A stretch of DNA of 64,000 nt from an uncultured cyanobacterium (GTDB taxonomy: Bacteria > Cyanobacteriota > Cyanobacteriia > Cyanobacteriales > Nostocaceae): positions 1,408,001 to 1,472,000 of the forward strand of contig CAVUDP010000002.1 of assembly GCA_963740315.1 (NCBI GenBank), read 5' to 3'. Shown here one piece after another: positions 40,810-51,376 of the stretch. The notes under the pieces are model-generated. The model did no database searches and was not told the origin of the DNA. It worked only from the letters and a program-made list of their open reading frames with translations. The translations under genes and the position numbers were made by a program. The stretch's first letter is position 1. The number at the start of each line of letters is the position of its first letter.

Positions 40810-41955
40810 TAGCAATCCTGAATGATTCATGAGAAAACACCATACTCATAAATTTTAGGGAAGTCAAAAATTTGACCAGCAATTGATAGTTCAAATAAAG
40901 CCTTAACTACAGTGAAAGAATGGCAGAAAAAGTAGAATTCTCTAATCAATCTTTTGGCTTGTAACCAAATATCTTCGACAGGGTTCTGTTGTGGCGCAGA
41001 GGCGAGCAAATCTTAAAGCGGTTATTAACCATTCTTCTTTATTCAAACCATTATTTAAAGATTCTAAGTAATCTTTAATTGCCTGGGAACGATGATAGCT
41101 AGCACCATCCCAAATAATTAAAAGTTTAGAGTCCCGACGTTGCGATAAGCCTTCGGCATGGCTTCGCTAACGCAAAAAATTTAAGAAATTAATTGTATTA
41201 TCCGAGTTTCCTTTTTCTGCCGGGTAAATTAAGAATTCCTTAGTTTTATAATCTAAGCCCCCAAAATAAGTTTGGCGTTCCCTCTGGTTTACAATTGGAA
41301 TTGATAACCGCTCCGACTTCTTTCCCCAAACATACCCTTCACTGTCACCCCATAATAAATGACATTCGTCAACCATGAAGACAACTAGTTCTCCCGACTC
41401 GATTTCGGCTTGTCGCGTCTCCAATAGTTCACAAATTTCTTTTTTTTTGAAGTGACTAATTCTGAATCATACTTAGGGTTATTTGATTGAGTTTTCTTCC
41501 AACTAATGCGTGCTTCATGAAATAAATCATAATAGCTTTGTTTAGACTCGAACACTACTCCATATTTTGAAGCAATTTGGTATTCTAATTCATTTAAAGT
41601 CCATCTATCTTTAGAACGCAACCACTCAATTATTTCCGAATGTTCTTGTGAATATAAAAATCCTTTACTTCCTTTGTACGCTAGCTTTAAGCCCTCTACG
41701 CCCTGTTGAAAAAATGCTTTCTTCCATTTACTTATAAACCCTGATGAAACACCTAATATCGGCATTATATCTTGATGTCTGTATCCACATAGCAACATTT
41801 TAACTGCGGTCGCTCGTGTAATTTCAAGTTTATTTTGGCTATTTTTGATAAAATCCTCTAGTAATTGAATCCACATCGATACACCCCTGACACTTGTCGT
41901 AAAAACTACTATTTAACCACATCAGTATTTTCTCACGAATGATTCCGGATTGCTA
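40810..41955 (-). mobile_element. IS630-family element (about 1146 bp), inactivated
   Basis: TIRs TAGCAATCCTGAATGATTCATGAGAAAA / TAGCAATCCGGAATCATTCGTGAGAAAA; TA duplication at 40808-09 and 41956-57; HTH ORF 41385..41876 with A-rich slippery site; DDE motifs VDECH, IWDGASYH, QNPVEDIW; stop from a repeat insertion at 41167 and a +1 frameshift at about 41004. Confidence 0.95.
41142..41173. repeat. 24-nt SDR5-like element inserted in a HIP1 site inside the transposase
   Basis: GCGAT-[AAGCCTTCGGCATGGCTTCGCTAA]-CGC; removing it restores TTG CGA TCG CAA (L-R-S-Q) in frame. Confidence 0.92.
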
Positions 41956-42013
41956 TATCAACTATCAACTATCAACTATCAACTATCAACTATCAACTAT
42001 CAACTAACCACTA

Positions 42014-42832
42014 ATGAATTTACAAATTTTTCTAGATATTGCAACTGTTGCAGCGCTGTCTGCTGGTGCTGTTTTGCAAGGTTATTTGGGTAAGGTGGAG
42101 GATAAAACTGCGGAAAAACGTCCTGGGGATTTGGTGACTGCTGCGGATAAAGCTTCGGAAGCTGTGGTTTTAGAAACTTTACGTCGTCATTTTCCCGAAC
42201 ACGCTATTCTTGCTGAGGAATCTGGTAAGTTAGGTAATCAAAATCAAGAATATCTTTGGGCGATCGATCCTTTGGATGGTACAACTAATTTTGCTCACGA
42301 ATATCCGTTTTTCTCGGTTTCGATTGGGCTTTTAATTAATGGTGTTCCGCAAGTTGGTGTAATTTACGACCCTTTTCGCAATGAATTATACCGCGCCGCT
42401 CAAGGTCTGGGAGCAAGTTGTAATCGCCGTCCGATAAGTGTTTCTAAGGCTTCTGAATTAAATAAAAGTTTGTTAGTTACTGGTTTCGCTTATGACCGTC
42501 GGCAAACGAGCGATAACAACTATACAGAATTTTGTCATTTAACTCATTTGACTCAAGGAGTCAGACGTGGTGGTTCGGCTGCGTTGGATTTAGCTCATGT
42601 AGCTTGCGGGCGTTTGGATGGATATTGGGAAAGAGGTCTTTCACCGTGGGATATTACTGCTGGGATAATTATTTTACGGGAAGCTGGTGGTAAGGTGACT
42701 GCTTATGATGGTAGTGATTTCAAGATGGATTCGGGAAGGATTTTAGCTACTAACGGTCATATTCATGAAAGTTTGAGTCGGGAATTGGGTAGAGCTTCTC
42801 AAGTTTGGAAAGTGGAGAAGAAGGGTTCGTAG
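42014..42832 (+). CDS. suhB: Inositol monophosphatase family protein
   Basis: DLVTAAD, AEES, WAIDPLDGTTNF, RRGGSAALDL and PWD motifs. Confidence 0.93.
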   Translation: MNLQIFLDIATVAALSAGAVLQGYLGKVEDKTAEKRPGDLVTAADKASEAVVLETLRRHFPEHAILAEESGKLGNQNQEYLWAIDPLDGTTNFAHEYPFFSVSIGLLINGVPQVGVIYDPFRNELYRAAQGLGASCNRRPISVSKASELNKSLLVTGFAYDRRQTSDNNYTEFCHLTHLTQGVRRGGSAALDLAHVACGRLDGYWERGLSPWDITAGIIILREAGGKVTAYDGSDFKMDSGRILATNGHIHESLSRELGRASQVWKVEKKGS

Positions 42833-42977
42833 TTGCGCTTCAGCGCTCTCCCTCGAAGTATTTAAGATTTCGTAGGGTGTGTTATCGCGCAGCGTAACGC
42901 ACCATTAATTTAACATCTTGCACTATTTTCAACAATATATTTATTTATCTCTCGTTATTACCAAAAAATCAATTGCA

Positions 42978-43592
42978 ATGACATTTAGCAATTATAAAAG
43001 TATTAGTGCGGTTCTTAAAAAGTTTCAGATAAAATACGTGCAAACTAACTTTATGCTGGAAGTTGAATTTCCAGTTAAAGACTCATTTAGAGAAGAATTA
43101 GATTTATTATTTACAGATGGAGTTGTTGATAATTCGGAAGATGCTATTTGTGAAAATCTTATTTATCCAATTTTAAAAGAAGTTTGGAAACTTTATCGAG
43201 ATAAATTAACGCTTTGGAGTCATCAATCATTAACTTATGATGAAGATTTATCAGGCGTTCCAGACTATACAGTAGCGCAAAGAAATCCTCTCTCTACAAT
43301 TATTTTTGATAAACCTTATTTTTTGACAGTTGAAGCTAAACAAGACAAATTTGAAGAAGGTTGGAGTCAGTGTTTAGCAGAGATGATAGCGGTACAGCGA
43401 ATAAATAATGACTTAGATAACGATATATTTGGTATTGTGTCTAATGGTAAAATCTGGCAATTTGGCAAGCTGAATTCACAACTCTTTACGAGAAATAAAA
43501 ATTTGTATGTCATTCAGGATTTAGATAAGTTATTTGCAGCAGTAAATTATATTTTTCAACAGTGTGAATTAAAAGTAAAACTAAATTTGTAA
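42978..43592 (+). CDS. Conserved hypothetical PD-(D/E)XK-like protein, paralog of 13708-14328
   Basis: SGVPDY...VEAKQ...WSQCLAEM...GIVSNG. Confidence 0.7.
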   Translation: MTFSNYKSISAVLKKFQIKYVQTNFMLEVEFPVKDSFREELDLLFTDGVVDNSEDAICENLIYPILKEVWKLYRDKLTLWSHQSLTYDEDLSGVPDYTVAQRNPLSTIIFDKPYFLTVEAKQDKFEEGWSQCLAEMIAVQRINNDLDNDIFGIVSNGKIWQFGKLNSQLFTRNKNLYVIQDLDKLFAAVNYIFQQCELKVKLNL

Positions 43593-44861
43593 AAATTGAC
43601 GATATAAATTACAGCGCGGACATACATTATCACCTTGTATTTTTATCAATCCGATACTGTGTAATTTAAATTTAGTTACTGTAGAGAATGTAGCATTACT
43701 GTTATTAACTATATCTTTCATAGCCTCTGCTAATTCCGGTTGTTGCGTCAGAATTAAACTTTGGCGGCGTAAATGTTCGGCGTAAATACTATTACTATTT
43801 GTAGCGTTTTCTAGTATTTGAATTAAGCTAACATTCCCGCTAGCAATATGATAAAGAGCAAGACGTATTAAAAAGGGATGTCCGCCCACTAAATTCATGA
43901 TTTTATCAACTTCGGTATCGTTCCAATTGAGATGATGTCTTTGCGCTAAATCTAAAATTTGATTGCTATTAAATTCAGGTAATTCTATCGATAAACCAAC
44001 ATTAAACGGCGATTGATTGATATCGAGGGGAACGTAAACCTCTGTAGAATGTACAATTATTAATTGCAGCTTTTTCCAAATTTCTCTTCGTTTACCTTCT
44101 TCATGTAAAGCCCGCAGCAATCCAAAAAAATCTCGATAAATTTCTGGATATTCAAAAACTTTATCAACCTCATCTAAACCAAGAGTAAGCGGTTTATTAA
44201 TCGTTGGTAATAGGTATTCCTCAAAATAAGCTTTGCAAGCCATACTGCTACCAACAATTTCAGCTAAATCCCAATATTCATTAATTTTATTTGGGATATT
44301 TAAAGCTAAACCGATGCTGGCACAAAACCAGCGTAAAAATTTATCTGAATTAATAAAAATCTGCTGCGCTGCCAGTTGAAAATCTAAAGTTACAGTACTA
44401 TCACCTTGAGATTGCGACTTATCAATAATTCTTGCTAGAAGCGAAGTTTTACCCATTTGTCTGGGTGCTTTGATTCTAATTAAACAACCGGGTTGGTTGA
44501 TTTGTTCGTAACATCGTTCTTCCACTGGCGATCGCACAACATAAAATGGCGAATCTAAGGCTACTTGCCCGGATGGATGTTCGAGAAAAGGAAATGGAGA
44601 GTCTTGAATATTCTTGCTATCTTGCTCTTTGCTAAACTCTGGTGTTAAATCCGCGATATCTTGCCATTCCAAACTTAAAGCACGACAAATTTCTCTAAAA
44701 TTCAAATAATCTACAGCTTTACCGTTAAGAAAACTGCTGATAGTAGATTGAGAAACTTGTAAATATTCAGCTAAATCGGTTTGACGAATATAACCATTAC
44801 GAGGTAGAGCAGACTTTACCTTTGAGATAAATTCAGAACGTACTTTAACTGAACGTGGCAT
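43581..44861 (-). CDS. XRE-type HTH + AAA_35 P-loop NTPase
   Basis: QTDLAEYLQVSQSTISSFLNGK; Walker A APRQMGKTS; Walker B LDEVD; SPFNVG; GGHPFL. Confidence 0.88.
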   Translation of the reverse strand: MPRSVKVRSEFISKVKSALPRNGYIRQTDLAEYLQVSQSTISSFLNGKAVDYLNFREICRALSLEWQDIADLTPEFSKEQDSKNIQDSPFPFLEHPSGQVALDSPFYVVRSPVEERCYEQINQPGCLIRIKAPRQMGKTSLLARIIDKSQSQGDSTVTLDFQLAAQQIFINSDKFLRWFCASIGLALNIPNKINEYWDLAEIVGSSMACKAYFEEYLLPTINKPLTLGLDEVDKVFEYPEIYRDFFGLLRALHEEGKRREIWKKLQLIIVHSTEVYVPLDINQSPFNVGLSIELPEFNSNQILDLAQRHHLNWNDTEVDKIMNLVGGHPFLIRLALYHIASGNVSLIQILENATNSNSIYAEHLRRQSLILTQQPELAEAMKDIVNNSNATFSTVTKFKLHSIGLIKIQGDNVCPRCNLYRQFLQI

Positions 44862-45086
44862 ATTTTGATATTGCAACTGCTAGATTTATTTGGCAGAAAT
44901 TTAAAAATATTCAATCTCGTTACAAAGTCGATACGAACTCAATATACTCCTATGTAAACTCAAATATCGTTGGGGTTAAATGAGATTAGTAATCAAGGTT
45001 CGTAGTCAGGGCTTTAGCCCTTCCGGAGAGGACTAAAGTCCTTACTACAAACAATTCTACAGAAAATCTTCTCTAATTAAACAATT

Positions 45087-46106
45087 ATGAAATTCCCATT
45101 CTCTATACCTTCCGTATTAGCTCATACATCATCTATTTTGCTGCTAGGTTTTTCTCTACCATTAGTTACACCAATCCTAGCTTCTAATAATCCGAATGAA
45201 TGCAAAATTCCTAAGCCACCACAATCTAATACAGTAGATGACTTCATAAGAATGGGACTCTTTCAAATGGGGTGCGAAAAAGACTCACAAGCTGCAATTT
45301 CTTCTTACACCCAAGCAATTAAACTGAATCCTCAAGTTGTAGCTCCCTACTATGTACGTGCAAATGCTTACTATAAAATTGGGAATTACAAAGCCGCAGT
45401 AGCAGACTATACCGAAGTAATTAATATAAATACAGGTAGATTGGATTCGAGTGACGCTGCATATTTGAACAGGGCTAGGGCTTATGAAAAATTAGGTGAA
45501 AAACAAAAAGCAATTTCAGATTTGACTGAATACATTCGTGATAGTGGTTCCTCTGCTAAGGCTGGGGCTGAGACTTATATTTACAGAGCTAATTTGTATC
45601 GGGATTTGGGAGATAAAAATAATGCTATTCAAGATTACAAAGTAGCAGATAAAATCTTGCGAGAAGATTTCAATATGGTTTTTGCGATTAGTGGTATAGA
45701 TTCCATGTATCAAGAAATGATGGATAAAGTTAGAACTGAATTATCACAACTAGGGGTATCAGTTCCAGAACCGGATCTTACCACTGCAAAAATTTTAAAA
45801 TCAATTGCTGAAGTAGAAGTTGAGCGAGCATTAAATTCAGTAAACTATAATCCTCAACACCCAATGATTCAGCAGTTTGATGCTCAACTTCAGGACTTAT
45901 ATAAACAACTTGAAAATACACAAGCACAGCCAGTTGAAGGAATAGAAAAAGGCATAATATCGAATGTTGCTCGTGTAAAAATCCAACATTTGAAAGTAAT
46001 GCGATCGCAACTTACAAAAAAGTTTACTGCAACGCATCCCGAAAGAATTTTCATTAATAGTCAAATAGAGCAATTACAAGATTTAATTAGCCGTAATAGG
46101 AAGTAA
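45087..46106 (+). CDS. Secreted TPR protein with C-terminal coiled-coil HP repeats
   Basis: Signal peptide; TPRs AISSYTQAIKLNP...YYVRANAY; YNPQHP and FTATHP motifs. Confidence 0.8.
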   Translation: MKFPFSIPSVLAHTSSILLLGFSLPLVTPILASNNPNECKIPKPPQSNTVDDFIRMGLFQMGCEKDSQAAISSYTQAIKLNPQVVAPYYVRANAYYKIGNYKAAVADYTEVININTGRLDSSDAAYLNRARAYEKLGEKQKAISDLTEYIRDSGSSAKAGAETYIYRANLYRDLGDKNNAIQDYKVADKILREDFNMVFAISGIDSMYQEMMDKVRTELSQLGVSVPEPDLTTAKILKSIAEVEVERALNSVNYNPQHPMIQQFDAQLQDLYKQLENTQAQPVEGIEKGIISNVARVKIQHLKVMRSQLTKKFTATHPERIFINSQIEQLQDLISRNRK

Positions 46107-46271
46107 TTGTAGGGTGTGTTACCGCGCAGCGTAACGCACCATCAAAAATCTTAGTTGTCTAATGCTTTTCTTATATGAATAACTCCCTCTAAACATTTAC
46201 TTTATTTTTCGAGATAATTAAATTGGTGCGTTACGAGTACGATAACGCACCCTACAAAAGATTACATAATA

Positions 46272-47171
46272 ATGAAATTTACATTCTCTATAACTTCTAT
46301 AATTGCTCATACATCATCTATTTTATTTCTAGGTTTTTCTATACCGTTACTTGCACAAATTTCAGCCCCCGATGATTTTCATGTATGTAAAATCGTAAAT
46401 CCAAAAACTTTTGATTCAGCAGAGAACATCTTGAAGATAGTAGGAGTTCCAAAAAGGTGCTTTGGTTACATACTCAACCAACATCAAAAAGCTGTGTTGA
46501 GCCAGGAAAAAAGAAATTACTACGACAAAGCTATAGCTTATGAAAAATCTGGTGAAAAACGAAAAGCAATTTTAAATTTGAATAAATACATTGATGATAA
46601 TGATTTGGTTAATACTGAAGCTTATATTCGTCGAGCTAATCTGTATCGAGATTTAGGAGATAAAGAAAACGCTATTAAAGATTATAAAGTAGCAGATAAA
46701 ATCTTGCAGCAAGAGTTAAATGGGGTTTTTGGAAATGGTCATATGGAAGGAATTAGTAAAGAAAGATTAGATAAAGTTAGGACTATTTTATCACAATTAG
46801 GGGTATCGCTTCCGGAGCCTAATCTTACTACTGCCGATATTTTAAAATCAATCGCCAAAATAGAAGTAGAAAAAGCAATAAATTCAGCAAGATTATCACC
46901 TCAACATCCAATGATTCAAGATTTTGAAGTTAAACTTGAGGATTTATATAAACAATTTGAAAATACGCAACCGCAGCCATATAAAGGCACAGTTAAAAGC
47001 CTAATAAATAATGCTGCTTATCAAAAAATGGAAGATTTGAAAGTACAAAAATCGCAGCTATCAAAAAGGTATAGTCCAGTTCATCCAGAAATAGTATTAA
47101 TTAGCGATCGCATAAAACAATTAGAAGCCTTAATTAGCAAAAATAGATATAGGATTTCTTCTAAATTGTAG
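46272..47171 (+). CDS. Secreted TPR protein, tandem paralog of 45087-46106
   Basis: Shared N-terminus MKF.FSI.S..AHTSSI, shared RANLYRDLGDK..AI.DYKVADKIL, and HP repeats. Confidence 0.8.
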   Translation: MKFTFSITSIIAHTSSILFLGFSIPLLAQISAPDDFHVCKIVNPKTFDSAENILKIVGVPKRCFGYILNQHQKAVLSQEKRNYYDKAIAYEKSGEKRKAILNLNKYIDDNDLVNTEAYIRRANLYRDLGDKENAIKDYKVADKILQQELNGVFGNGHMEGISKERLDKVRTILSQLGVSLPEPNLTTADILKSIAKIEVEKAINSARLSPQHPMIQDFEVKLEDLYKQFENTQPQPYKGTVKSLINNAAYQKMEDLKVQKSQLSKRYSPVHPEIVLISDRIKQLEALISKNRYRISSKL

Positions 47172-47206
47172 GGTTTGTTAGCGCAGCGTAACGCACTTTT
47201 CGGCAC

Positions 47207-47410
47207 CACCGGGGAATGCAATTCCCCGTCTAATAGCAAAAGTCCTATAAATAGGACTAATAAAGGCTTTTAGTGCGTTTTAACGTACTTTGTATATTGG
47301 TTCCTGGGAATTTATTCCAAGGCGGATTTTGGGGATTAATGAGAATGATACATTCCAGTCCATTTTAATGGACTTCTGCTATTAGCTGGGGGTTTGCAAC
47401 CCCTAGCGGA
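47207..47410. repeat. MITE/REP-like multi-hairpin element
   Basis: CTAATAGCAAAAGTCC at about 47230 is inverted relative to GGACTTCTGCTATTAG at about 47370; internal hairpins. Confidence 0.55.
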
Positions 47411-47455
47411 TATGAACGCAAAACAATAATTTATCTTACTATTCCCTACTTTAAA

Positions 47456-50400
47456 ATGAACAACAATTTTTCTTACAAAGTTGGTGGAAGCCTGACGGAA
47501 GATGCTCCCAGCTATGTAGTTAGAAAAGCAGATTTTGACCTTTACAAAGAACTGAAAGCAGGCAACTTTTGCTATATTTTCAATTCCCGACAAATGGGTA
47601 AAACCAGCTTACAAGTTCGCACCATCAAACGATTGCAAAGTGAAGGAATTGCTTGTACAACAATTGATATTTCTGGAAGGGGTAGTAAAGATATAAATCC
47701 AGAACAGTGGTATGCGGGAATTGTTTATACGTTAGTTGCTAATTTTGGCATAGCTAACCCCAGCGAATTTATTAGAACAACGTGGAAACAAAACAGCGAA
47801 TTATCTCCGTTGCAACGTTTGGATATATTTATTGAAGAAATTTTATTAGAAAAAATTAAATCTAAAATAGTTATTTTTATTGATGAAATCGATAGTATTT
47901 TAAGCTTAAACTTTCCCTGCGATGATTTTTTCTCTTGGATTAGAAGCTGTTATGAAAAACGTAATTTTAACAAAGAGTTTAATAGAATTACTTTTGTACT
48001 TTTGGGAGTAGCGACACCCAGCGATTTAATCGCAGATAAAGTTAGAACACCTTTTAATATTGGTAGTGCAATTCAAGTTAATGGTTTTCAAATAGATGAA
48101 GTTTCACCTTTAGCAGCAGGTTTTAAAGAAATTGAAAATTCCCAAGCTGTTTTACAAGAAGTTTTAGATTGGACGGGAGGACAACCGTTACTTACACAGA
48201 AATTATGCGATTTATTAGCAATTTTTCCGCAATTAACAAGTCAAGATGTAAAAAAGATTGTCAGACAAAAGATAATTGAAAATTGGGAATCTTTTGACGA
48301 ACCACCGCACTTAAAAACCATCAAAGACCGGATTTTAAGAAGCAAACATAATACAGGTGCATTGCTTGGTTTATATCAGAAACTTTTACAGCTAGGACAA
48401 ATATCCGCTGATGATAGTCCAGAACAAATCGAATTACGGCTATCTGGTTTAGTTGTAGAAAATCAAGGGTATTTAAGAGTTTACAACCGTATTTACGCAA
48501 CAGTATTTGATTTGAATTGGGTAGAGAAAGAACTTATGAATTTAAGACCATATTCAGAAGCATTATCAGCTTGGGTTGCTTCAAATTTTCAAGATGATTC
48601 TAGATTATTGCGCGGGAAAGCATTAAAAGACGCAAATATTTGGGCTGCGGATAAAAGTTTGAGTAAACAAGATTATCAGTTTTTAAATGCTAGTCAGGAA
48701 TTGGAAAAACAAGAAATAACTACCGCTTTATCTCTTCAAGAAGAAGAAAGTCGTATTTTAGCACAAGCAAACGATACCTTAACTACAGCACAATATAAAG
48801 CTAAACGACAAATTCGTATTGGTGGTGGAGTTCTTATTTGTTCACTTATCGGAGCTATGATTGCTTTTATAGGAGCAAATCATCAATTACAAGAAGCTCA
48901 AGAAGGTACAAAATTAGAACGAGCAGGAAATGCAGCGTTAAAACTGTTTGAAACCAAACAAATTGAATCTTTAGTAACAGCAATTGATGCAGGGCAACAG
49001 TTAAAAAAACTTGTCAAAGATGGACGTTCTATAGAAAAATATCCTGCAACTAGTCCGCTTTTAGCTTTGCAAACAATAACTAATAATATCCGCGAAGTAA
49101 AGCAATTTGCAACTCATCAAGATAATATTACAAGTGTGAATTGGAGCCATGATGGAAAGTTTTTGATTACTGGTTCCACAGATAAAACCGCTCGAATTTG
49201 GGATACGTCAGGTAAGTTGATAGTTCCACTTAAAGGACATCAAGGAGGAGTATATAGTGCTAGCTTTAGTAGCGATGACAAGTATACGATCACCAAGTCA
49301 GATGATAAAACAGTTCGTATCTGGGACTTTTCAGGAAAACAATTAGCGATAATAAAACATCAAGAATGGGTAAATAGTGCCAGTTTTAGTCCAGATGGTA
49401 AAAGTGTAATTACTATTTCTCAACAACCACAAATTGAAACAATTGTAAATGGAAAAAGTGTAGTTAGTGGCTCTAATGAAGCAATAGTTCGTATCTGGGA
49501 TTTATCGGGTAATTTATTACTACAACTTAAAGATACAGTTAATACTGCTAGTTTTAGTCCAGATGGTAAATATATTCTGACTGCTTCTAATGATAAAACA
49601 GCCCGGATTTGGGATACTTCGGGTAAATTAGTACAAACATTCACGGGACATTCAAAAGCTGTTACAAGTGCTTATTGGAGTCCAAATGGTAAATATATTT
49701 TAACTAACTCTAATGATTCCTATGTTTGGGATATTTCAGGTAAACAAATCGCACGATTTCAAGTAGATAACCGTTCAGGGAATGGGGATGCTGGTTTTAG
49801 TCCCGATAGCCAACGTATCTTTGTAGCTACATCTGAGAAAACTCATGTTTGGGATTTATCTGGTAGGCTAATTAGGGAAATAAAAAATCAAAAAGAATTG
49901 AATAGCGGTGCAGAATTTAGTCCAGATGGTAAGCAATTTTTTACCACCGACGACACTATAAAAGTATGGGATATAAGAGATGGTGCTGCAAAAGCATGGG
50001 ATTTATCTGCTGATTTAATCGCTGAATTAGCAGGAGATCAAAGAAGTCCCCGTTGGAGTCCTGATGGTAAACATATTGTTACTTATGGATTTGATAGAAA
50101 CGTTCGTATCTGGAATTTATCTGATGAAATACCAGTAGTTACAGCAAATATTAATTCAAAAGATAAAATTAATGGAGCAAGTTGGAGTCCAGATGGTAAA
50201 TATGTAGTTACCCCAACTTGGAAATCTGTATTACTTTGGGATAAGTTTGGTAAGCAGTTAGCAAGATTTCAAGGACATTCAGGTATAGTTAGTAGCGCTA
50301 ACTTTAGTCCTGATGGGAAAAAAATTGTCACAGCATCAGTCGATAAAACTGTTCGCGTTTGGGATACGTTAGGTAAACAGTTATTATTGCTTTCCGGACA

Positions 50401-51211
50401 TGAAAAGGGATTAGATTATGCTGCTTTTAGTCCAGATGGCAAGCATATTTTAACTACAACTTACGATGGTAAATCAAGAATTTGGTCGGATACGGGAAAG
50501 TTAATCTCTACATTCAAAGCTAGAGGTATGACTTGGAGTCCTAATAGTAAATATATTATTGCTAAATTTGATTATGACGGCAAAAATTATTCTAGTTTGT
50601 GGAATATTTCAGGAGAAAAAATAGTAGAGTTTCCAGCAAGTGAATATAGTTATCTTGGTGCTAGCTTTAGTCCAGATGGGGAACGTATTGTTGCAAGTAA
50701 TGGAAGAATAGCAACCATTTGGAATACATCTGGTCAAAAGTTATCAGAAATTAAAGCAAATCAAGATATTTTTAGCCCTAGTTTTAGTCCAGATGGAAAA
50801 CGAATTATTGCGACTTCCACAAACAATACGGCAATTATTTGGGATACGAATGGCAAACAATTAGTTGAAATACCTCATCAAGCTCCGGTTGTTTACGCTA
50901 AATTTAGCCCGGATGGTAAGCGTATCCTCACAGCTTCAAAGGACAAGAAATTTCATATTTGGGATACTTCAGGTAAGCAGCTTGCAGAATATAAGTATTC
51001 ATCTACTTTCATAACGGAAGCAAAATTCAGCCCGGATGGTAAATACATACTCGCGCACATTCAAGGCAATCAACCTCAAGGAAATGAGGTGTTAATTTGG
51101 CAGATTGATGATTTAGATGGATTATTAACAAGCGGATGCGATTGGTTAAAAGATTATTTGAATAGTAATCCTCAAGTACGGGAAAAATTAAAGGTTTGTC
51201 GAAGTAAGTAA
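47456..51211 (+). CDS. AAA_35 NTPase + transmembrane helix + WD40 repeat protein
   Basis: YVVRKAD, NSRQMGKTS, FIDEID, TPFNIG, WTGGQPLLTQ; hydrophobic IGGGVLICSLIGAMIAFIG; many FSPDGK...ARIWD repeats. Confidence 0.92.
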   Translation: MNNNFSYKVGGSLTEDAPSYVVRKADFDLYKELKAGNFCYIFNSRQMGKTSLQVRTIKRLQSEGIACTTIDISGRGSKDINPEQWYAGIVYTLVANFGIANPSEFIRTTWKQNSELSPLQRLDIFIEEILLEKIKSKIVIFIDEIDSILSLNFPCDDFFSWIRSCYEKRNFNKEFNRITFVLLGVATPSDLIADKVRTPFNIGSAIQVNGFQIDEVSPLAAGFKEIENSQAVLQEVLDWTGGQPLLTQKLCDLLAIFPQLTSQDVKKIVRQKIIENWESFDEPPHLKTIKDRILRSKHNTGALLGLYQKLLQLGQISADDSPEQIELRLSGLVVENQGYLRVYNRIYATVFDLNWVEKELMNLRPYSEALSAWVASNFQDDSRLLRGKALKDANIWAADKSLSKQDYQFLNASQELEKQEITTALSLQEEESRILAQANDTLTTAQYKAKRQIRIGGGVLICSLIGAMIAFIGANHQLQEAQEGTKLERAGNAALKLFETKQIESLVTAIDAGQQLKKLVKDGRSIEKYPATSPLLALQTITNNIREVKQFATHQDNITSVNWSHDGKFLITGSTDKTARIWDTSGKLIVPLKGHQGGVYSASFSSDDKYTITKSDDKTVRIWDFSGKQLAIIKHQEWVNSASFSPDGKSVITISQQPQIETIVNGKSVVSGSNEAIVRIWDLSGNLLLQLKDTVNTASFSPDGKYILTASNDKTARIWDTSGKLVQTFTGHSKAVTSAYWSPNGKYILTNSNDSYVWDISGKQIARFQVDNRSGNGDAGFSPDSQRIFVATSEKTHVWDLSGRLIREIKNQKELNSGAEFSPDGKQFFTTDDTIKVWDIRDGAAKAWDLSADLIAELAGDQRSPRWSPDGKHIVTYGFDRNVRIWNLSDEIPVVTANINSKDKINGASWSPDGKYVVTPTWKSVLLWDKFGKQLARFQGHSGIVSSANFSPDGKKIVTASVDKTVRVWDTLGKQLLLLSGHEKGLDYAAFSPDGKHILTTTYDGKSRIWSDTGKLISTFKARGMTWSPNSKYIIAKFDYDGKNYSSLWNISGEKIVEFPASEYSYLGASFSPDGERIVASNGRIATIWNTSGQKLSEIKANQDIFSPSFSPDGKRIIATSTNNTAIIWDTNGKQLVEIPHQAPVVYAKFSPDGKRILTASKDKKFHIWDTSGKQLAEYKYSSTFITEAKFSPDGKYILAHIQGNQPQGNEVLIWQIDDLDGLLTSGCDWLKDYLNSNPQVREKLKVCRSK

Positions 51212-51236
51212 GTGACCGAATTTTTTGAGAATTCCT

Positions 51237-51352
51237 CTCGTTCCCATGCTCCGCGTGGGAACCTATTCTTAGAGGCTCTGCCTCACAATCAAACGATCAA
51301 ATGAAGGCGGAGCCTTCAGCCACTGCGTTACTAGCCAGAGACTAGTAACGAG
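51237..51352. repeat. MITE-like element with CTCGTT...AACGAG inverted ends, between convergent genes
   Basis: CTCGTTCCCATGCTCCGCGTGGGAAC...GAGGCTCTGCCTC...AGGCGGAGCCT...CGTTACTAG..CTAGTAACGAG. Confidence 0.7.
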
Positions 51353-51376
51353 AAAAAACCTTAAAAAATCCTCTTC

